DNA of 64,000 nucleotides, taken from NCBI GenBank assembly GCA_951406725.2, contig OX597838.1, forward strand, positions 30,256,001 to 30,320,000, given 5' to 3'. The notes below the pieces were generated by a model. That model worked only from the letters and a program-made list of their open reading frames with translations. It did not search any database and was not told the origin of the DNA. This document shows positions 57,290 through 64,000 of this stretch, one piece after another. The position numbers and the translations under genes are program-made. Positions within the stretch are counted from its first letter, which is position 1. Every line of letters begins with the position of its first letter. Source of the stretch: Octopus vulgaris. Lineage: Eukaryota.

Positions 57290-58950
57290 CACGCACACAC
57301 ACAAACACATACACACATATACACACACATTCACACAGACGCACATATACATACAAACACATACTCACACATGCACACACATTCACATACACGCACGCAC
57401 GCACACACACAAGCACATACACACATATACACACACATTCACACAGACGCACATATACACACAAACACATACACACACACTCATGCACACACATTCACAC
57501 ACACGCACGAACGCACACACACAAACACATACACAAATATACACACACATCTACACAGACGCACATATACACACAAACACATACACACATATACACACAC
57601 ATTCACACACACGAACGCGCACACACATCCACACAAATATATAAAGAATAAGGGAAACGGAAAATGGAGTTAACAAGAATCTTTATTAAACACTACGATC
57701 GTTTCGACCCATCCTGCATCTGTCTCTTGCGAGTGAGATATTTTACAGCCAGTGAAGAATGCATCTTTCCGGGTGTCTCGTTTGAAATAAGATACTTCGC
57801 TAAATATACCCAGTTTCGTATGGCATACTCTTTTACTCTTTTACTTGTTTCAGTCATTTGACTGCGGCCATGCTGGAGCACCGCCTTTAGTCGAGCAACT
57901 CGACCCTGGGACTTATTCTTTGTAAGCCTAGTACTTATTCTATCAGTCTCTTTTGCCGAACCGCTAAGTGACGGGGGCGTAAACACAGACACACAAACAT
58001 ACACGCACACACATATATATATACATATACACGACAGGCTTCTTTCAGTTTCCGTCTACCAAATCCACTCACGAGGCATTGGTCGGCCCGGGGCTATAGC
58101 AGAAGACACTTGCCCAAGATGCCACGCAGTGGGACTGAACCCAGAACCATGTGGTTGGTTAGCAAGCTACTTACCACACAGCCACTCCTGCGCCTATAGT
58201 CGAAGAATCCAATAGGTTGTTGGCGATACTGATAAAGCATGGATGCAGTTGGTTTCATTCTTCTTTCAGCATCGCCATCAACCTACTGGCGACCACAAAG
58301 CGCCACACAAAACCGGGTATATTTAGCGAAGTATCTTATTTCAAACGAGACACCCAGCAAGATGCTTTCTGCACTGGTGGATGCATCACGACTAGATGTG
58401 CAATATCTCACCCGCAAGATGGGTCGAAACGATCGTAGTGTTTAATAAAGATTCTTGCTAACTCTATTTTCCGTTTCCATCATTCTTTATGTGTGTGAAT
58501 GAGTGTGTGTGTGTGTGAGCGTGTGTGTATACTCGTATAAATGCATTTATATATATATGTGTGTGCATGTGTGTGTGAATGTGTGAGTGTGTGTGTGTGT
58601 GTGTGTATATGTGTGTGTGTATACTCGTATAAATGCATTTATATATATATGTGTGTGCATGTGTGTGAATGTGTGTATGTGTGTGTGTGAGTGTGTGCGT
58701 ATGTGTGTGTGTATACTCGTATAAATACATTTATATATATTTGTGTGCATATGTATGTGAGTGTGTGTATGTGTGTGTGAGTGTGTGAGTGTGTGTGTAT
58801 GTGTGTGTGAGTGTGTGTGTACGTCTGTGAGTGTGTGTATGTGTGTGTGTGTGTCTATACTCGTATAAATACATATATATTTGTGTGTGTATGTGTGTGT
58901 GCGAGTGTGTGTGAGTATTTGTGTGTATGCGCGTGTGTGTGTGTTTATTT
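57290..58950. repeat. long degenerate palindrome (fold-back) interrupted by a family 1 SINE at ~57827-58195
   Basis: 57640-57825 is the reverse complement of ~58295-58490; CA-rich and TG-rich arms extend outward; apex hairpin at 58211-58290. Confidence 0.85.
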
Positions 58951-59205
58951 GTCCTAACTTCACCACTTCACGACCGGTGTTCGTTTTTTTCCGTCCCGAT
59001 AACAACGGTCTGGCATAAAGAACCAGTAGAATAAGTATCAGGCTTTAACCCCCGCCCCCAAAAAAAAACCCCCAAAAAGACAACAAAAAAGAAATACTTG
59101 GTCGGTGTTGTTCGACTTAAAACCCTTGAAGGTGGTGCTCCATCCTGGCCCCTTGTACTCCAAAATTTTGGTAAATATTTTCTTCGTTGTTCTCTTATTT
59201 ATTTA

Positions 59206-59555
59206 CTAGCAGTATTGCCCGACGTTGCTCGGGTTTGTTTCGACCCTTTAGAATTAGAATTATGTAGCTTGTTATTCTCTTTAAGTGAACATTTTTCTGG
59301 TTGAAATACACCGAAAATGGCAACACAGCAGTCAAAAAATCGTAAAAAATAGGGATTTTCATAGAAAAAAAAAGCACCTTTTTGATGTAAATAATTTTTG
59401 GTGTTAACATGGTCCGATTTTCTACGGAAGGAAGAGCAAGCCTTCTTCTATCATACTCTCAATTTTGGTCAACTTGCGCCGCAGGGTCTCGGAGGAGATA
59501 GTGTTAGTTGAAGGTTACCAAACCTGCCATACACAGACAACTTCAGCTTTATAGA
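59206..59555 (-). mobile_element. non-autonomous Helitron (same family as 648-1036)
   Basis: Reverse-complement match including the hairpin and CTAG end. Confidence 0.75.
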
Positions 59556-59559
59556 GAAG

Positions 59560-59943
59560 TGGAGGCGCAATGGCCCAGTGGTTAGTGCAGCGGACTCGCG
59601 GTCGTAGGATCGCGGTTTCGATTCCCAGACCGGGAGCTGTGAGTGTTTATTGAGCGAAAACACCTAAAAGCTCAACAAGGCTCCGGCAGGGGGTGGTGGT
59701 GATCCCTGCTGTACTCTTTCACCACAACTTTCTCTCACTCTTACTTCCTGTTTCTGTTGTACCTGTATTTCAAAGGGCCGGCCTTGTCACTCTCTGTGTC
59801 ACGCTGAATATCCCCGAGAACTGCGTTAGGGGTACACGTGCCTGTGGAGTGCTCAGCCACTTACACGTTAATTTCACGAGCAGGCTGTTCCGTTGATCGG
59901 ATCAACCGGAGCCTTCGTCGTCGTAACCGACGGAGTGCTTCCA
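59560..59943 (+). mobile_element. tRNA-derived SINE, family 2
   Basis: Full-length match to 9532-9915. Confidence 0.85.
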
Positions 59944-60394
59944 CTATAGAGAGAGAAACTTATTTTACGTAATTAAATCACAATTTCACAAATTTTATTC
60001 AGGGGGCATAACTCGTATTTGTTCTGACAGAGTTATAACCCTTGCTCTTTTTCTGACCGTTTTGCTTTGACTTGATCGTTTAGAAGCAAAGTGTGTTGAT
60101 TTGATTCAATGCGTACAGAGTTCAAATCCTGGCGAGATCAGATTTGTCCCAAAATAAAAATCATTTCCTTTATCCTTTATCATTTTTGAACTGCGACCAT
60201 GCTGGGGCACCACATTTTATTCTTTTACTTGTTTCAGTCATTTGACGGCGGCCATGCTGCAGCACTGCCTTTAGTCAATCAAATCGACCCCAGGACTTAT
60301 TCTTTGTAAGCCCAGTACTTATTCTATCGGTCTCTTTTGCCGAACCGCTAATTGACGGTGACATAAACACACCAGCATCAGTTGTCAAGCAACA

Positions 60395-60452
<58 letters not shown>

Positions 60453-60592
60453 TATATATATAAATATATAGCCCCGGGCCGACCAATGCCTTGTGAGTGG
60501 ATTTGGTAGACGGAAACTGAAAGAAGTCTGTCGTATATGTGTATATATATATATGAGTGGATTTGGTAGACGGAAACTGAAAGAAGCCTGTC

Positions 60593-60632
<40 letters not shown>

Positions 60633-60679
60633 GACAGGCTTCTTTCAGTTTCCGTCTACCAAATCCACTCACAAGGCAT

Positions 60680-60714
<35 letters not shown>

Positions 60715-61375
60715 GACAGGCTTCTTTCAGTTTCCGTCTACCAAATCCACTTACAAGGCATTGGTCGGCCCGGGGCTATAGCAGAAGACACTTGCCCAAG
60801 ATGCCACGCAGTGGGACTGAACCCGGAACCATGTGGTTGGTTAGCAAGCTGTCGAACGAATCGATATCCGCACTTTTATTATTTATTTTTTTTTAAAGAC
60901 TGCTATTAATTCTATCGCTCGTCTTTTGCTGAACTGCTAAGTTGCATGAATCGAAACACACCAACACTGGTTGTCAAGCGGTGGTGCAGGAAAAACACAG
61001 AGAGAAAGAAACACACACTCACATACATACATACATACACACGCACACACACATGCACACACACACACACACACATATTTATTAAGCGGTGGTGGAGGTC
61101 AAGCTCAGATACAAAGAGATACGTACACACATACACACACACACATACACAAATATATATATATATACGGTGGGCTTCATTTAGTTTCCGTCTGCCAAAT
61201 CCACTCACAAGGCTTTGTTGAGCCCGAGACTATAGTAGAAGATACTTGCCTAAGGTGCCGCGCAGTGGAACTGAACCCGGAACCATGTGGTTGGGAAGCA
61301 ATCTTCTTACCACACAGCCACGCCTGTGCCTATGTACACTCACACACACACACACAGACAAATACAAATATACAG

Positions 61376-61462
<87 letters not shown>

Positions 61463-61519
61463 CATATATAAATTATTAAGGTGGCTATTCGCAATTTAGA
61501 ACCAATAGTTAAGATGTAC

Positions 61520-62245
61520 AGAAACGTTAGCTGTATTCCGTCTGCCGTTACGTTCTGAGTTCAAATTCCGCCGAGGTCGACTTTACCTTTCATCCTTCCG
61601 GGGTCGATTAAACAAGTACCAGTTACGCACTGGGGTCGATATAATCGACTTAATCCGTTTGTCTGTACTTCTTTGTCCTCTCTGTGTTTAGCGCCTTGTG
61701 GGTAGTAAAGAAATAGGTATTGCGTCTGTCTTAATGTTCTGAGTTCAAATTCCGCCGATGTCGACTTTACCTTTCATCCTTTCGGGGTCGATAAATTAAG
61801 TACCAGCTACGCACTGGGGTCGATGTAATCGACTTAGTACCTATGTATGTCCTTGTTTGTCCCTTCTGTGTTTAGCCCCTTGTGGGTAATAAAGAAATAG
61901 GTATTCCGTCTGCCGTTACGTTCTGAGTTCAAATTCCGCCGAGGTCAACTTTACCTTTCATCCTTACGGGGTCGATTAAACAAGTACCAGTTACGCACTG
62001 GGGTCGATGTAATCGACTTAATCCATTCGTCTGTCCTTGTTTGTCCCTTCTGTGTTTAGCCCCTTGTGGGTAGTAAAGAAATAGGTATTGCGTCTGTCTT
62101 AATGTTCTGAGTTCAAATTCCGCCGAGGTCGACTTTGCCTTTCATCCTTTCAGGATCGATAAATTAAGTACCAGTTACGCACTGGGGTCGATCTCATCGA
62201 CTGGTCCCCTCCCCCAAAATTTCGGGCGTTGTTCCTGGAATAGAA
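61520..62245 (+). mobile_element. MetaSINE with ~4 tandem ~185 bp internal units
   Basis: GTTCTGAGTTCAAATTCCGCCGA recurs at ~61552, 61736, 61920 and 62104. Two-unit versions occur at 35640-36035, 40840-41183(-) and 45648-46040. Confidence 0.85.
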
Positions 62246-62404
62246 AAAAATTAAGAACTTGTCTTCTCTAAAATTTTGACAATTAAGTGATTCGTTTAAA
62301 ATGTGGAATTTAGAAAATGTCTTTACGGGACACCAAAATTCAAATGGACAACCTTCAACTTCAGATATTAAGCGAAGCAACATTTTGTAATTTTATTTAT
62401 TCAT

Positions 62405-62439
<35 letters not shown>

Positions 62440-62516
62440 TTGTTTTGACTTCTGTTTTGGTATTCTCTGGTGTTCCTGCCAATGGCGTGATTCTTGAATT
62501 ATTGGCACTTTTTCAG

Positions 62517-62545
62517 ATTGGCAACAGAAGCGATGTCATCGCTGA
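62517..62545 (+). CDS. candidate terminal coding exon 3 (D)WQQKRCHR*
   Basis: CTTTTTCAG acceptor preceded by over 100 nt with no AG dinucleotide; in phase 1 it joins exon 2 and stops at TGA 62543-62545. The true next exon could lie outside the window. Confidence 0.45.
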
Positions 62546-63133
62546 TTTTATCAACCTGCCACTAACACTCAGCTGGAAGTGCAAAGATGCACACACACAC
62601 ACACAGACACAGACACACACACACACATACACACACACACACACACAACACACACAGACACAGACACACACACACACATACACACAAATATACATACATA
62701 AATACATACATACATACATGCATGCATGCATACATACATACATACATACATACATGCATACATACATACATACATACATACATACATACATACATACATA
62801 CATACATACATACATACATACATAAATACATACATACATACATGCATACATACATACATACATACATACATACATACATACATACATACATGCATACATA
62901 CATACATACATACATACATGCATACATACATACACACATACATACATACATACATACATACATACATACACACATACATACATACATACATACATACACA
63001 CATACATACATACATACATACATACACATACATACATACATACATACATACATGCATACAAACGAATAGACAGATAGACATAAATATATACGCATACATA
63101 TATCTATGCATACGCACACCCAACATATATATG

Positions 63134-63430
63134 TGGAGGCACATGGCCTAGTGGTTACAGCAGCGGACTCGCGGTCGAGGGATCGCGGGTTCGAATCTCA
63201 GACCGGGTGTGTGTGTTTATGAGCGAAACACCTAAGCTCCACGTGGCTCCGACAGAAGGTAATGGTGAAACTTCTGCTTTTTCTTTCGCCACAACTTTCT
63301 CTCACCCTTTCCTCCTGCATCTTGCAGCTCACCTGCGACGGACCGGCGTCCCGTCCAGGTGGGGAACCTATACGCCAAGAAACGGGGAAACCGGCCCTTA
63401 TGAGCCAGGCATGGCTCGAGAAGGAACAAA
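63134..63430 (+). mobile_element. tRNA-derived SINE (family 2 head, different body)
   Basis: GGAGGCACATGGCCTAGTGGTT...GGTTCGAATCTC; body related to 15285-15420(-). Confidence 0.7.
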
Positions 63431-63431
63431 C

Positions 63432-63515
<84 letters not shown>

Positions 63516-63526
63516 ATATATGTATG

Positions 63527-63616
<90 letters not shown>

Positions 63617-63732
63617 ATTACGTGACCGACCAGGCTATCAGATGTTGCTACACATCGCTGGTCACAATGCGTTCGCATTGTTTTTTAGCCTTCGAATGAC
63701 GCCACCCCGCTGGCTAAGCGAGCAGGCCAATA

Positions 63733-63833
<101 letters not shown>

Positions 63834-63837
63834 ATGG

Positions 63838-63868
<31 letters not shown>

Positions 63869-64000
63869 CGCTTGGCTTAGTGGTTAGGGTGTCAGCACCA
63901 TGATCGTAAGATTGTGGTTTCGATTACTGGACCGGGCGGCGCGTTGTGTTCTTGAGCAAAACACTTCATTTCACGTTGCTCCGGTCCACTCAGCTGGCAA

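Noticed and set aside
58211-58290. Stand-alone pre-miRNA
   Set aside because: Explained as the apex of a larger TE-derived palindrome; no recognised miRNA seed family.
60084-60157. Alternative exon 3 (TTTAG|AAGCAAAG..., EAKCVDLIQCVQSSNPGEIRFVPK*)
   Set aside because: Overlaps a degraded SINE B-box (GAGTTCAAATCC) and has a weaker acceptor than 62517.

Overview
Eukaryotic, AT-rich, extremely microsatellite-dense genomic DNA. Its tRNA-derived SINE families look like those of Octopus (coleoid cephalopod); the taxon is inferred from repeat recognition, not from a search. Most of the window is simple repeats and transposable-element debris: at least three tRNA-derived SINE families, five 5'-truncated R4/Dong-type (RLE) LINE fragments all sitting in (TAA)n tracts, an RTE fragment, a decayed full-length mariner plus MITEs, non-autonomous Helitrons, and many short islands between (TA)n/(TAA)n runs. 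Several of those islands carry minimal type-I hammerhead ribozyme motifs typical of Penelope-like elements. There is also a 5-copy ~1.9 kb tandem array (16.4-25.9 kb). Nearly all ORFs in the supplied track are microsatellite or SINE artefacts. The best host-gene candidate is missed by the ORF track: a + strand, TATA/Inr-driven gene with tiny exons (48562-48606, 56979-57033, probably 62517-62545) that splice in frame to a short secreted peptide precursor, MWFTTLSLLTLAVTAFA|FSVDSNTLQTFLRDLQDWQQKRCHR*. Other points of interest are an unexplained frameshifted protein-like island (38.8-39.4 kb), long fold-back palindromes inside the peptide gene's introns, and a SINE that captured the flank of a neighbouring inverted SINE. 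Element boundaries were read by eye and are approximate.
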